Assembly: GCF_009914755.1 (NCBI RefSeq)
Contig: NC_060932.1
Length of the DNA: 64,000 nt
Source of the DNA: the human T2T-CHM13v2.0 reference genome, Homo sapiens
Reading direction: 5' to 3' (one strand)
A program made the position numbers and the translations under genes. Positions within the stretch are counted from its first letter, which is position 1. Every line of letters starts with the position of its first letter. A model generated the notes under the pieces. The model ran no database searches. It was not told where the DNA came from and worked only from the letters and a program-made list of their open reading frames with translations. Of this stretch, positions 15,471-33,384 are shown piece after piece.

Positions 15471-18019
15471 TTATTATATATCTACTTACTTTATTCCTCA
15501 CTTGAAATCCAGCTCTCTGAATTTTCCTGTTGTTGAAATTAGTTTACCAACTTGGAACTTATTAATCACCATATCCACTTTAAAATCCTCACCCTGCCTT
15601 TAATTTACATCTGAAGACAGTGTATTTGTTGCCTTCATTTTCTCCCTACTTGTGCACACTCCAGTCTTCCACTGTTTCTACAGATGTTCCTTATGTAACA
15701 TGATTTCAAGTGTCGTTCACTTCCTTCTGACCACATTTGTTGCATTATAACATAATGAATCTGTAAGTCATCACATACAACTAAATAAATTCCAGGTGTA
15801 GCTTGTTCCATGCAAAAGGAATCAAGATTATTACTAGTGATGTAAATAACCTATATGTATTGAACAATTTTAAGTAGTTTTTAACTAGTACAATGATATT
15901 CATGAATCTTTTTCTTGAAAATGATAGTAGTTTACAAATGATCTAAGGAGCAGCAAATATTATTAAACACTTTGCGTACTTCCATCCAGATTTATCAAAA
16001 TTGTTATGAAGCTGAAAGCATAGTGCAAGAATACAGTTTGGTGCCTCATGGTTCTTTTTATGTACTTTGTTTAATATAAGGTGATTTAGCAATAATATGA
16101 TTAGGATGCTTACTGTAAAAACTCCTTATCTCTATTATTGCTTAGGCACATAGTTTTTTTATAGTTGTAAGACATGAAATATTTATCTATATGCTATAAT
16201 GAACTATTTACTGGATATACCATATATATGATGCTTATTCACTGGTGATAAACCCATGATTGTTTTTAAATATAGATTTTCATGATTAGATTAATAATGG
16301 AATTCACACTCTTTGATAGTTCACCATTATATGCAAAGGTTTTTTACAAAAATGATAGAAGTTCCAAATATTTTTTCCCAAGTTCACAATTCTTACAAGC
16401 TCACATAAAAATAGGAAGTGTGGTTTTTCTCAGGGGTGGCATTTTCTCATTATTCTCCTTAGAAAACATAATAAAGTGAAGTTCATTTACTCATTTATTT
16501 TTGGCTTTAATATTAAACACAAAATATATTTTTATTGGAAAGGTCAACATTGTTTATTTCTGCTTGTTAAAGTATACATGTTCCTGGTAAAACATTTAGG
16601 AACAACAAAAACACAAAGAAGAAAATAAATATTACCATAACTCATAGACAATTGCTGACCCATTTAATGCATATTTTAGACAATTATCATAAGATCACTT
16701 TTTTTCTGTTGGAATATTAGTATTTTATTAAATGATTTTTTAAAAGTCCTTGTATACATATATACATACATGTAGTGAAGATTTAGGCTTAAAGCATTTT
16801 TTATTTCTGTCTTTGTTGTCACTGTTAGGATGCTTTATTTCTGTTGCAACCACATTGTGTCCTCTTATTATTCCATTTCTAATAAAAAATATAGAATAAC
16901 AATATTAAAACATAAATTTTTCCTTGTATGTTGTTTGTGAATTTTTGAGTGAAGTTGTTTTCAATAACTCAGAATTTTGAGTTGAAAATACGTGAGGATT
17001 TCTGTGATCAAATATTTGTTATCTTTTTGTAAAGAGTGCTGATTTGATTAGTTCTAAAAATCATCAGTGTAATCTGTAAATGATGTAATCCGCCATCAGC
17101 ACTTGCACTTTTCTTCAGATTATTATAGAAATTCAAATCAATAACATTTTGTTGTTTTCTATTAAATAACATTTGGCACATTACGTATGTTCATATGGTT
17201 ACCAATATTCCTTAAAAATAGCAAGGTTTTAACATGTTCATGATATCCTTAGGTAGAGTCTAATAACAGAGAACATTTGTGTGAGGATAACTATTTTAAA
17301 ATATACTCTCTTTTTTGAAATAGATTGTGAAATAATCTTTGGTAAAATCTCTATCTTTGTTAAAAATTCCCAGAATGAGAAATGTGAATGTAAAATACTT
17401 AGAAAACTTCCTTTCCTAGGGATGTAAATTTCACTATTATAATCTTTATTTATAAGTCACTCGTTAAAATGGTCTTGCTTCTAGGATAAGAATGCAGTTC
17501 TTCATAGAATAATATCTAATTTGAAGTTTTGCTAATAGTTTTGGAAGTGAATGTATTTTTTTAAAGTTTTAAATACATTCATTTTAGCATATTGCTTTGA
17601 CTATATGGACTAATTTATCAATTAAAATATTTCTATTTTCATTTGATAGTAATTTTTTTCAAAAACTTATATTGTTTATAAACTCAGCAAGTCTTCAGAA
17701 ACATGTTTGAGTTTGTTGTATGCATCCAGATTAGGTCCTAGATCAGGATGCTTTTGAATTAACTTGAAATAAGAATAATATCTATGGTCTGTTTTTATTT
17801 GAAAGTTTTACCTTCCCATGATGGGCTCATTTTGTTAAGGATTTCTTTAAAAATTTGTGGCATATATTTGAAATGAAGCTGCCTAAAAGATAATTTATAT
17901 AGTTCTTAAAAGATCATCAAATCTCAGGTCTGCATTTAATATTTCAACCAGTAATGTTATTGTGCTTTAAAAACTCTGGTAAGATAAAAGTAGACTTTTA
18001 CAAAATGAAATTGTTTCAT

Positions 18020-18130
18020 TTATTCACTCATTCATTCATTCAATAAACATTAAAGAACCCTTGTTCATGTTCCAGACACTGGGTATATAATCACCTGTGG
18101 ACTAGAAGGAAAAATGACAGACACAGAAAC
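18020..18130 (-). mobile_element. L2 3'-end fragment
   Basis: (TTCA)n-like run followed by CAATAAACATT...ATGTTCCAGACACTGGG. Confidence 0.5.
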
Positions 18131-18446
18131 CATTTTAAAGAAGATAATACATTATTGTTAATTATAGTTAATTAAAGAAAATTAATGAAAATTCCTTTGA
18201 TATAAATACTTAGGTCTTACCTATATTAGTAATGTCCACCTATTTTTAATTAATAGAGATTAGCAACTCTGAAATTTATAAATTGTTAAAGTTTTTCAGT
18301 AAGCTTTTAAGGTTGTGTGAGATATAGTTTTAGAAAATATTTGAAAAAAAAAGTCACATTAAAATGATCAGGATTGTCTTTTGTTTCTGTTTTATAATCA
18401 AGGGCCTAACATCTAATATGTAAATATTCTTCTAGTAAGCAATTAA

Positions 18447-18930
18447 TGTGGTTATTATAATCTTATTATTCATAGAATATCCCCCCCGCCCCATAAATAT
18501 CAACTTCCTAATCCCCAGAACTTGTCTAAGTTACATGGCAATAGGGACTTAGCTAATGTGGTCAACGATCTTGAGAAGGGAAGACAATCTTGGATTACCC
18601 AGTTGGGCCCAATGTAATTATACAGTCCTAGTAAGAGGCAAGCCAGAGGATCAAAGACAGAAGGAAATGGACAACAGTGGCAGAGGCCGGGGTGATGTGC
18701 CTTGAAAATAGAGGGAGGGCTCCAGCCAAGGGCACCTTCTGGGATCTGGAAAAGGCCAGGAAACAAAAATTTCTCCCAGAAGGAGTGTACCACTACCTAT
18801 ACCTTAATTTTAGTCCTGTAAGACTCCTTTCAGACTTCTGACCTCCAGAACTGTAGAAAATAATTTTGTGGTATTTTAAGTAATTTAAATGTATGATAAT
18901 TAGTTACAGAAACAATAGGAAATTAATACA
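18447..18930 (+). mobile_element. MaLR solo LTR (MLT1D-like)
   Basis: CCTAATCCCCAGAAC...TGGATTACCCAGTTGGGCCCAATGTAAT...GACTTCTGACCTCCAGAACTGTAG...GGAAATTAATACA end. Confidence 0.75.
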
Positions 18931-20193
18931 AACCTACACAATTATAACATTGTAAAATGGCCTCTGTTGTGACAATTTAACAAAATGCCAGGTTTTTTCC
19001 CCAGAAAAATCCCTGCAGAGATGATTAGCTATTAGAGCAGAGTGTGAAACCTTTTAACAAAGGTAGGCTAGCTGGTAACTGCCCATTATTACCAACTAAG
19101 TCTTTGAAGGTAGCAAAGCAATACAAAAGCAGGTACTCGTGTAACCTAGGCCAGAACCACCACATTTATTGATTTTTCATAGCTTCCTTTTAACTGAATC
19201 CCCAGATACCACTAGAATTTTATGAAATGACTTAAGAATAAGACATTTGAACATGAAAATTTAGGTGTTTCTTCAACTGTCACACATTCAAAGAGCCCCT
19301 CCTGGTAATCTGTGTGATCATGTTCTTGCATCAGTCGCAGACAAGCAAAAAGCTGAACTCAGTACTGCACCTCCTGTTTTCTGGGAGTATTTAATTTTAA
19401 GAGAGACCCATACTTCCTTTTATAAGGTGAAGGGAAAAGCTGTAATAGCTTCTTTGCCATTAGTTTTGAAACTCTAGAGTTCATTAAAACTCCCTTTGGC
19501 TTTCTTCACTGCCATCTTTCTTTCTTCTTATGAATTATTCAAGACAAATTTCACTTGAGGTAAATAGTTTGATTTGAAGGTTTTTGTATCTGGATTTAGA
19601 TGCAACAAGAAGTGTTAAATGCTCAGAATTTTAAGTGTAGAGAATGGCACAGACTCAGCTATTAAGATGGAAGACATTTGCTGTTAATGTTCCAGGGCTG
19701 CTGTTGCGACTTCAGCTTGGTACTATTATTCATTCTGAAGTAGGCAGGCATTATGATGCCTGCAGTATAAATCAGATTTTACAGAGAGCTTGATCCGCAA
19801 GCACTTTGAACATTCCATCCACTTCTCAGTTAACAGAACATTTTTTGGTTTTACAAGGTAAAGTTTCTTTTTTTTTTATCCTTGCCAATACATTATTAAT
19901 CTCTTTTTTTCATATATTGTATACCAAACCACAAAACAGTTTTAGACTATACATGTCTCTTGAATAAAGCGAAATTGTAAGTTTTGAAAGTTTCTTCTTT
20001 CAATAAATATTGTGAAAGATAAGAGGACCTAGAAAATATTTCATTTTTATAAAACTCAACGTAAGACCCTTTCTTCTTTCACAGTAGTAATATCTTTTCT
20101 AGATATTGTGTCATAATTTTAATCTTTTAAACACTTAGCTCATGGAGTCACACACCTGGAAAAATGATACATGGAACATATGTCTGAAAACTA

Positions 20194-20628
<435 letters not shown>

Positions 20629-21385
20629 CTAGATAAAATTATGTTTATGAAATTATGCCCAGGTAGTACTGCTTTCAGGCAAAGCATTTCATTCCCGTTT
20701 CCTGCTCTAACACAATATCACAAGCAGCAGGAGTTTCATTACTAAAGAATAATAAAAAACATTTATTAATTGCTATATGATAGAACATGTGCTAAGTACT
20801 TTACATGCATCACCTAAGTTAATGCTCACAATGAGTCTTAGAAATAGTTTCTGTTAGTGCCCCCATTTTATAGCTAGACAGTTACATGGAGAGCACAGTC
20901 TTGTAATCCCTCTGTAGGACATCAGAATCCATGTCCTTAAAGACTACCAATAAGTGCAAACTCAAAATGTACAGGAACATAGATTTATGAAGTTGCCTAG
21001 TATAATGCAATATGAAATGGTGGATACTGTAACAAATTGTCAACAATTTACATGCATTTATATTTAAACTACAAATCCAGCAACCAATAATTTATTTGTG
21101 GGCTATATTCAGGTTTCAGCCCTCTGGTTTTTAACTCACCACAAAGCCACACTGCTTTCAAAACCGTTCATTTACATGCATAATTATTCCTTTATTTATT
21201 TCAATCTTATTCAGATTTTATCAGGCAATGGAAACATGCAGAGAACAGAATTACATTGTAATTACATTGTAATCACAATGTCTTATAACCCTTTCCATGG
21301 TAAAGGATTACCCATTAGCCCAGTCATGTAGTTTACCTGTTGTTAGAAGGGAAGAAGGAATTCTCTTCTAAGTCTGAAGGAGACA

Positions 21386-21980
21386 CAGGTTGAGAATCTT
21401 TTATCCAAAATGCTTGGGGGCCGGGTGTGGTGGCTCATGCCGTGGGTGGATCACTTGAGGCCAGGAGTTCCAGACCAGCCTGGCCAACATGGCGAAACCC
21501 TGTCTCTACTAAAAATAGAAAAATTTGCCAGGCATGGCGGCACATGCCTGTAACCACAGCTACTTAGGAGGCTGAGGCAGGAGAGTCACTCGAACCCAGA
21601 GGCAGAGGTTGCAGTGAGTCAAGATCGTGCCACTGCACTTCAGCGTGGGTGACAGAGTGAGACTCTGTCTCAAAAAGAAAAAAAAAATGCTTGGGACCAG
21701 AAGTGTGTCATTTTTTGGATTTTGGAATATTTGTATATACACAATGAAATATGTTAGGGATGGAACCCAATTCTAAACATAAAATTTATTTATGTTTCGT
21801 ATACACGTTATACACAGAGTCTGAGGGTAATCTTATACAGTGTTATTAATAATTATGTGTGACCTGTCACTTGAGGTCAGGTGTGGAATTTTCCAAGTGT
21901 GGTGTAATGTCAACACTCAAAAATTTTCGGATTTTGGAGCATTTGGAGTGCAGATTTTCAGACTTGGGATGCTCAGCCTG
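21386..21980 (+). mobile_element. Tigger4/MER46-type DNA transposon fossil, interrupted by an Alu
   Basis: Degenerate terminal inverted repeats CAGGTTGAG... and ...GGGATGCTCAGCCTG, with internal AAATGCTTGGGACCAGAAGTG motif. Confidence 0.75.
21419..21687 (+). mobile_element. AluS SINE with ~28-bp left-arm deletion, inserted in the Tigger4/MER46 element
   Basis: 12-bp TSD AAAATGCTTGGG at 21407-21418 and 21684-21695. The TGTAATCCCAGCACTTTGGGAGGC block is missing from the left arm. Confidence 0.93.
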
Positions 21981-22911
21981 TGCTGGAATTGCAAGAATGT
22001 TCAGACTCAAAAGTCAAAGAAAAAGTTGAGTTCTGAAGAGGGCACATTAATTGAAGGGGCCAACAAAATGTATTAAAATTTAGCCTGTAGTGCTCAGTGT
22101 CTTATTGCCATGAATATGAGAGTGATGGTGGCTAAGGAAGGGAACTGGAGCCATATTTCTAAATCGGGCTTTATATTTTGTAGGTGATTGTGCCAGCCAT
22201 AGTGTAAGGCAGACATGAGTCATTTTTCAAGGGACTTGGGATGAAGTGCATGTAAATTTTGGACATGAAAATTTAAGGGCGAAAGAGATGTTTAAATCCT
22301 CTAAGGAAAGCTATGGGAAAGCTGTGTAGGCACCATTAGTTTATTTGGATCATGAAGTCCAGGTAAGAGATTTTCATGTTCATGTGTCAAGTAACAAAGA
22401 TAAGTAGGAAAAGTGTTGTCATGTGTTTTATTATTTAATAAGGAAATACATTTTGTTATGAATGAATACATTTTTTTCTTGGCGTGTTTAATTGGTATTC
22501 CTTCTCAAAATGTCCAATGACTCATCAACTTAGTTATGGCAGGCATCTTAATTTGTTAAGTTGCTTAAGTTTTCTGGTTGTTCATTTCCATGAAGCTGTG
22601 TGTGGGATTTATAAGCTTTTTCCCCCAATGGATATGCTAATAAAATACAAAGTTTGAAAATCACTGAGACTGATTAATCATATTCCTGTCAGCTCTAAAA
22701 TTCAGCAGCTCAACAGTCAGTTATGTCAAGGGTGTCCATTATCTGATCATTCTTTCTACTGAAATGTGCTTTCTTTTCTTCTTCTTTTTTTTAATCTTTT
22801 CTTCTATTCTGTTACTTTCTATTAAAAAATGAACTTCATTGAATCTTAACTCAATGTTTCAGTGTGGGGAAGGTTTACTCACCATTATGGAACATTTGAA
22901 AATATGTAAGA

Positions 22912-23297
<386 letters not shown>

Positions 23298-24327
23298 TTA
23301 TGTAAAAGATCAATAGCACTGTTTTTGAGACATATTGAAATGGGTTATGACTCTATAGCCTGACAGACATTGCAGTAAAACTTTTTTTTTTTTTCTGATA
23401 AGGACTTTAATTTCTGGATTTATTTGGTCATGCTCTCTGCCTCAAGCACCTTTCTAGTTACCCTGTCAAAATCTTGTTTGCTCTTGAAGGCTTAGTTCAG
23501 ATCTCATCTCCTTTGTGAAATCACTTGTAACCCTTTCACTTTACTATAAACTCAGAGGTCTCCCTACTTTTTGATGGCCCTTGTATAATCTCTTGAACAC
23601 AAGCTTGAATAATCTCCAAATGCAATGGCAAATTGAGAAAAATGGTACTGGCTTTTCCATTCTGCTTTCCGTGTGAGTTGTGTAAAAGGGCCAAGACATA
23701 TCACTTTTGTTTTGTTTTATTTAAATTATTGTTCCTACAGAGAAATAGATGATAAATACTGAAATAATAGTGAGTCATCCTTATACACAAAAACATCACC
23801 ATAGCAAATATGCTACCTAAGATAAACATGCTGCATAGCTCAACCTAACTTTACTTATTTGTAGTTAATTCACTATAAGAACTCATTGAGAGTACAGCAT
23901 GAAACTTGTTTTTTAATATCCTTTCTTGCTGATTGTGTCTCAAATCCATAACTTAGATTTTAATATATAGACTACCTGATGATAATAATGGTGTTCTAGA
24001 AATAAAGGCAGCTTTCGGAGCTTCTCTTAAAAAAATTAAAGACCGTCTACATGATCAACTACCTACCAGTTAACTGAAACAAGACTGGGTATCACTGGCC
24101 CACTGTCCTAGTTCAAACTCAATGAAGGAATCAACACTATTCTAGATCATATTCTTAACATTATGATCTTAGTGTTAAGAAATAGAAAATCCTTGACTCC
24201 TGCCATATGTCAGTAGTGAAAATAGACCCTTCCAAGACCATTTCCAATCCTTACCTCTAGAAATTACATGCTGTTTCTGATTTTCAGCACATCTCAAAGA
24301 GATTCATATTTCCCTTGAGTTACAGTT

Positions 24328-27209
<2,882 letters not shown>

Positions 27210-27385
27210 GTTACAGTTTTAAAGATGACTTTGATTTTCAAGTTTTAACAAGAGAATAGAATTGTTTCTTCAAATACACTAATATATTTTTGTAGGATAT
27301 TACATAAAACTGTAGATAAGGATGTGTCTAAATAAATTCATGCTTAATTTTTAATCAGTTTAATAATCTAGATATTTTCATTCTT

Positions 27386-27505
27386 TTTTTTTTTTTTTTT
27401 TTTGAGACAGAGTCTTGCTCTGTCACCCAGGCTCAGTGGCACGATCTCGGCTCACTGCAAGCTCTGCCTCCCGGGTTCACGCCATTCGCCTGCCTCAGCC
27501 TCCCA
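27386..27505 (-). mobile_element. 5'-truncated AluY (part of the right arm)
   Basis: Poly(T), GCAAGCTCTGCCTCCCGGGTTCACGCCATTC AluY diagnostics, 14-bp TSD ATATTTTCATTCTT at 27372-27385 and 27506-27519. Confidence 0.92.
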
Positions 27506-28546
27506 ATATTTTCATTCTTAATGGATAATTACCATAATCTAGAAAAACAATGCAAGACAATTGCAGACTTTTGTTAAATATGAAAAAGCAAGGTAATTCT
27601 GTACCATTTCATACCTAAAGTAAAAAAAAAAAAAAAGAATAACAAAAAGTTAACTGTACCACCTATTTTTATTCTAAATATGGAGCATAGTATTTTATTT
27701 AAGTAAGGAACTGTTATATGTATGCTTACATTTCCTAAGACATCTTCAGAGCATTACTTTTTTCATGTTCTTAAATGGCTATACAAGTAGTGTAAATGTT
27801 CAATAGCCAGAATTCTGTATGTAATATATCTAAGTGTTATATATGTATGCATATCTAAGTGCTTATTCTCTTTCCAGAGAGATTATGAATTTTCAGGATT
27901 TAGGAAGTCCAGTTATATTGCCTCTTGTGACCTTGGGTTGTACACCCACTTTGAAAATCAGTTTGGCAATATGAAGCCATATGGGAGTAGTGATGAAAAA
28001 TAAATGGAGAAAAAACCCTATCTTCTGCTTGGTTTACTACCTAACATTTGGGAATATAATATTAGGTAAATATATTCAAATATATTGTGGATCAGAAAGT
28101 GCTGGGTAAGTGGAAAATAAGAGGTGGCACTTCTGGGCATTTTCTTTTGATATAACCATTTTGAATAAACCATTTACACAAACATACGCATACAACCTCT
28201 TACCTAGGAACATCAAAACTGAATATTTAAATTATGTAGTCAGGAAACATTTCGACTACCATGGGCCCTAGGAGTCTAAGGCATGTTGAAATGAATAAAA
28301 TACCAATACTTTCTGGAAGCATTAAGGAACCTCATGCATTCAGTATTTGCTGGAATTTGTCCTTTTGGCATTGAAAAGAGATAATGGGTGATTACACTGT
28401 CAAAACTTCTAATTCTCAAATATAATCTTCAAAGGAGTGCCTGTGCAGACATAGGCAGAATAATTTTAATGGACCTTGAAGCATCTGGAAACATAGAAAG
28501 AAACCTTGCATAGCAACACAGGAACATTGCTGATATTTTTGTTTGT

Positions 28547-28550
28547 TCTC

Positions 28551-28596
<46 letters not shown>

Positions 28597-28609
28597 CACA
28601 CACACACTC

Positions 28610-28644
<35 letters not shown>

Positions 28645-28646
28645 CA
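28547..28646. repeat. Compound (CT)n(TA)n(CA)n microsatellite
   Basis: Read directly. Confidence 0.95.
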
Positions 28647-29691
28647 AGAATATATTCTGTGTGGTCTTGAATGAGCTATTCAAAGTCTCCATCTGTCATT
28701 TCCATATCTATGGAATGGAAGTAATTATGATGATACAGCATGGGTTTAGTTTGAGTGTGAAATCAGGCACTGCATAAATGGCACGCAAAAGAGTGCCTGG
28801 CAAATGATAAGTACTCAATACTTGTGTTGGGAAGACCACGCCACTACATAGCTTCCTGCCTTTCCTCATCATGGGGAATAGTTCCATATTTAAGAGAATA
28901 TGAAAGCAGTGAACAGTATCTTATTTTGAAAAAACTTTTCATTATGACAGATTTCAAACATGCAAAAGTAGAGACAATGAGTGAATGAAGGAATCCCCAT
29001 GTGTCTATCATTCTTATTCAATTATCAACAATTATCAGTATCTACAGTGTTAAGATAAATAATTTGCAAAGGTAGTGAAAATACCTTGGCTCAAAACTGA
29101 ACATGTTCAGAACCCCATATACTTTACATATCTCTTGAGGTAATAGATTTCCCTATGTCTCTGTAACAAATAAATATATTTACCTATATTCTGTTGTTAG
29201 ATAGATGGGTTTGAGGAAAACAAATTCACTAAATGCAGAATCAACTTTTACAAGAAAAAGAAATTATAAATGAAAAGCTTTTAAAATTGGTTCAGTTTGC
29301 AAAACTGATACTAAGAAAATATGTCAATACATTTTTCATCAGAATAATAATATTAGCTAAAATCATAGATTGCTTCTATGAAACAGGCTTAGCATCATCT
29401 CAATTTTCATAGCAACCCTATTAATTAAGGAACACTCTAATTATCATTATATAGATGAAGAAATTGAGGTTTTGTAAATGTAAACAAATTGTCCAAGGCA
29501 AGTGGCAAGACTAGAATATAAATCCAGGGCTGTCTCTAGAGATTATTCGTAACCACTATAACATATCTCAAAACATTTTAGTCATTAGCCTAATAAACCA
29601 AGAATAAGAACGCTATGAAACCTTATTTTACTTAAAAAAAAGTTTTTTTAAACTTATTTATTTTAATTATATCTGTAATGATACATTTTAT

Positions 29692-30033
29692 AAAATTTAT
29701 AAATGTTTAAAATGTCATCCACATGGGATTAAAAGAAAATCATAAATCTCATCAGGGACAAAATGGAAGGAATTTTTTCAGACCATTTTTCTGTTGAACA
29801 CAATAGAAGTTTAGCTTAAATATGCACTTTAATTACCCCATATTTTGATTCCTTGATTTCAACAAAAAGTTCTGAGGTTACTTAGAAAAAAACCTAGCAT
29901 ACTCTAATGAGATTTTCAGTAAATAGAAAAACTCTGTCATATATGCCATACAAAGACAAATAAGGTTCAAAGTAATAAAATATGTCATCCAGCAAAATCT
30001 ATGCTACAGATTTAATGATGATGACAATAATTT
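29692..30033 (+). repeat. Left arm of ~341-bp inverted duplication
   Basis: Reverse complement of 35404-35743, with 8 substitutions and one 2-bp indel by manual alignment. Confidence 0.95.
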
Positions 30034-30300
30034 AGCCAAGGCCAGCTGCTGTACTAATAGACCCCAAATCCTTGTAATGGCACAAAACAACAGAAGCTTC
30101 TTTCTTATTTCATATAGCAGCATGGGGTGGATGAATAAGTGTCCATGGACGCTCTCTATGTAGTCATTCAAGAACCCAGGTGGGTTGGGGCTCTTCCATC
30201 TTCAACAGCTGGGTTCCTGAATGATTGCATGGAGGAGACAACCATGGACGCTTGTTCATCAGTTCATCACTAGTAGTCATCAGTCAAGAAATCTAAGAAT
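30034..30300 (-). mobile_element. MaLR LTR fragment (old MLT1)
   Basis: AGCTGCTGTACTAATAGACCCCAAATC...AAAACAACAGAAG...GTCATTCAAGAACCCAGG...CCATCTTCAAC resembles MLT1J/K-type sequence. Confidence 0.5.
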
Positions 30301-30316
30301 AAGAATGCCATGGAGG

Positions 30317-30452
30317 CAGGGTTATCAGATAAAATGTAGAACAACAATGCTATATGTAGAACATACTAGCACTAAAATATTATTCTGTATTTACCTGAAA
30401 TTTAAATTTAACTAGATTTTCCATATTCTGTTTGCTAAATATGGCAGCACTA
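30317..30452. mobile_element. MER53-like MITE (DNA transposon fossil)
   Basis: CAGGGTTATCAGATAAAAT... and ...TTTGCTAAATATGGCAGCACTA degenerate inverted ends, with CTGAAATTTAAATTTAACT core. Confidence 0.6.
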
Positions 30453-31779
30453 CATGTAACTATGTAAGAAAAAAAAAGAAACTGTGCATTAACCTTTTAA
30501 ATAAATATTTTTAATAGTATCACCCTTAAATGCTTAGCACAATGCTATAATTAACTTTAGTCATCCTGATATGGAAAAAGTAGTGGGATAATTATCTCTT
30601 AATTATGTGACGAGGAAAGAAAATGTAATTTTGACCTCCCCAAGTGGGTAAATGACTAAGATTAGAAGCCATGTCCACTCATTACTAGATCCTGCATAAT
30701 CTTGCATAAACTAATATCAAATATTTTAACGTTTGAAAGTATGCTAAATGTTTATCAGAGCAGGTGATTTTATTTCATTGAGTTCTCATTTACTCATGTA
30801 TATGTTAATTTATCTATTATGTATTCAAAATTACTCAAATATTGTATTGAGTGCTCTAGGATAAATATTAATAAGTGAAAATTAACACTAATATATCTCT
30901 GATTCTTTGCAATGTGTATAATTAATTACCTGAACTGGACACTATTGAGAGAAAAGGGATGCTTTTAATAATCACTCCAGAACAACAGGGGACAGCTTCT
31001 GGAAAACAGGGACAAATAATTATTCTGTTGGTCCACCTGATTTTAAGTTTTCCAATAATAGAATTTCAGAGGAGAGCTATCATAGAGCTCATTTAATATA
31101 ATTGCACTTTATAGACGAAGAAATCTGAGGCCCAGTGAAAAGAAATAATAATTTCTGTATATTAATGTTTCTCACTTAAGTTTATGACATTTTTTAATGA
31201 AGAATGATTGATATGAGACTTTTTCCATCGTATACTCCTCTTGTACTGGACCAAAGATTGTTGTCTTCTAAAACAATACGTACTTCAACTAAGATCCTAA
31301 AGACCATAATTAAATCTTAACACATTACCAGGTATCTCTATTTATTCTTTTAGAGCACAAATCCACTTTTTCTAAACCTATTAAGAACTAAGTATGTGTT
31401 GCATGAAGTTTTAAAGTAATATTTCATCTTACAATCCAGAAAACTCTTTTATATTCTAATGGCTCTATGATGTTGTAGAACAAATGACATGTCATTATTT
31501 GACCGAGAATGGAACTAAACCCAAAAATGGCCCAGCCACAGAATCTTAAAATCTTCTATTAATATGGTCTCTGGTAAATATAATGAGCTGAAACACAACT
31601 TCTATGGTATTTTTAGAGATAAACATTATTTTCTCTTGAAATTCTCACAGTATTCTTTTAGTGCTTACATGTCAGATGTAGGTTTTTAATTGTTAAACAT
31701 GAAAAATACTCTGATAATTTAACTACTCCTAAATTTAAGTGTATATATGCTTTCTTTTTTGTTCACAGTAATGTAGGAG

Positions 31780-32030
31780 AAGCAGTGTTAAATGATGCTA
31801 GGAATCTGTACTCTAGAACCGGATTGCCTAGGTTCAAATTCTGATACAAAAACTCTATGGCTTTTGAAACAAGGCTTACATTTCTAACCAGCCTATTCAT
31901 CACTGTTCTCATCTGTAAAATGGGATTCATTATGGTAATAACTACATAATCCAGAACAGATAAGTAAATGATTTAATTAATATAAAACAATTATCAGAGT
32001 GTATCTGTCATGTATTAGACATAATAAGCG
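31780..32030 (+). mobile_element. MIR SINE
   Basis: CTCTAGAACC...TGCCTAGGTTCAAATT...TTCTCATCTGTAAAATGGGAT core. Confidence 0.65.
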
Positions 32031-33384
32031 TAAGCTTTCATCAGTATGTTATTTCTTTAAAAAAATCCCTCTTTTCTCTGCCTTATAATTTTTGGATAAT
32101 TTTTTCCAAATATAAACTGGTAAATTATAAACCAGTTAAAATATCAGGACATTATTGTTTACAATATGTCGTTTTTAAAAACTAATTAAGATCACATTGC
32201 AGTGAAGAATGACCCCATTTAATATATATTGACATTATATTTTTGAGCATTTTGTAGATTAAATAAAACAAAAAAAGATTTAATACGAAACATTTTCTAT
32301 GTTTGATAAAGTTGCATGTATATTATCACTGTTATTTTCTTACCTGTTAAGGAAAATATTACCCCAAATTTAAGTTGGAATTTTAAAAATGCATACTATT
32401 AAGAGTGAATAAGAGTTTATATTCTGCTTGAATTCCTGGTTTATGACATACATACAAAATGAGAAAGGAAATAAACTCTAGGATGAATCTTATTTTAGTA
32501 AGTTAATGGCCTTTTCACTGAAAGTAGGAAATATTTCTTCTTTCAAAAGCACCCAAGATCAATAAATAATCTTGATTTAGGAAATATGACAATGCAAACT
32601 TTTTTCAAAATCTGCTTAAAAATGTAATAAACACCATATCAATGGGAATGTGGTAATAATCAGAACAAATTTTCTCAAAAATATATCTTTTTTTAAGAAT
32701 GAGCAAATCAAATATTTTGGACTTTATTTTTTCCCATGGTATTATCATTAAGAATATCTACCCCAATGTCTGCTTTCTCCACTTTCATGCCTAAACTACA
32801 GAACATCACTGGACAAAATAATAACATCTTGCTGATGGGGTCCACTACCCATGACACTTCAGATTAGCTCTCAGTTGGTGTTTTACAGTATTTTATTTCC
32901 TTGTTTTCATTTTCTAGTGACTCCATTTTACAGTTCTTTCAGTGACTTTTCTAAAATTTAACAGTTCTGAGTGTCATCATACTGCTTCTATTCCCTCTCC
33001 CTTTAACCAGATGATCTCAAATCCATCAATATGGGGAACATTGAATTCTTTTTACTTTTTTTTTTCCTGGTTTTGTTCTTTAGAAGAACAAGAAGTTCCC
33101 TTCAACAGTTTTCAACCAAACATCTGTCTTCAAGTTACATCTTCATCATCTCACCATCCTGAGGATTAAATGTGATAATCTATGTAAAGCACTTAACAAA
33201 ATATCAGGCACTTAATAATAACTATTATCTATCTTTTCCCCTAGTGAATAGTGGGCAAAGTTTCAACCATTGATTATTTGTTTAAATACTTTTATTTCAG
33301 TAAAATTGCTTGCCTTTGAATATATTTTGCCAGTGCTGAAAATCGTCATATGTCTTCTAATATCCAAAAATTACTGAATAAAAT

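Noticed and set aside
21248-21281. AATTACATTGT tandem and hairpin
   Set aside because: A simple short slippage duplication with no supporting context.
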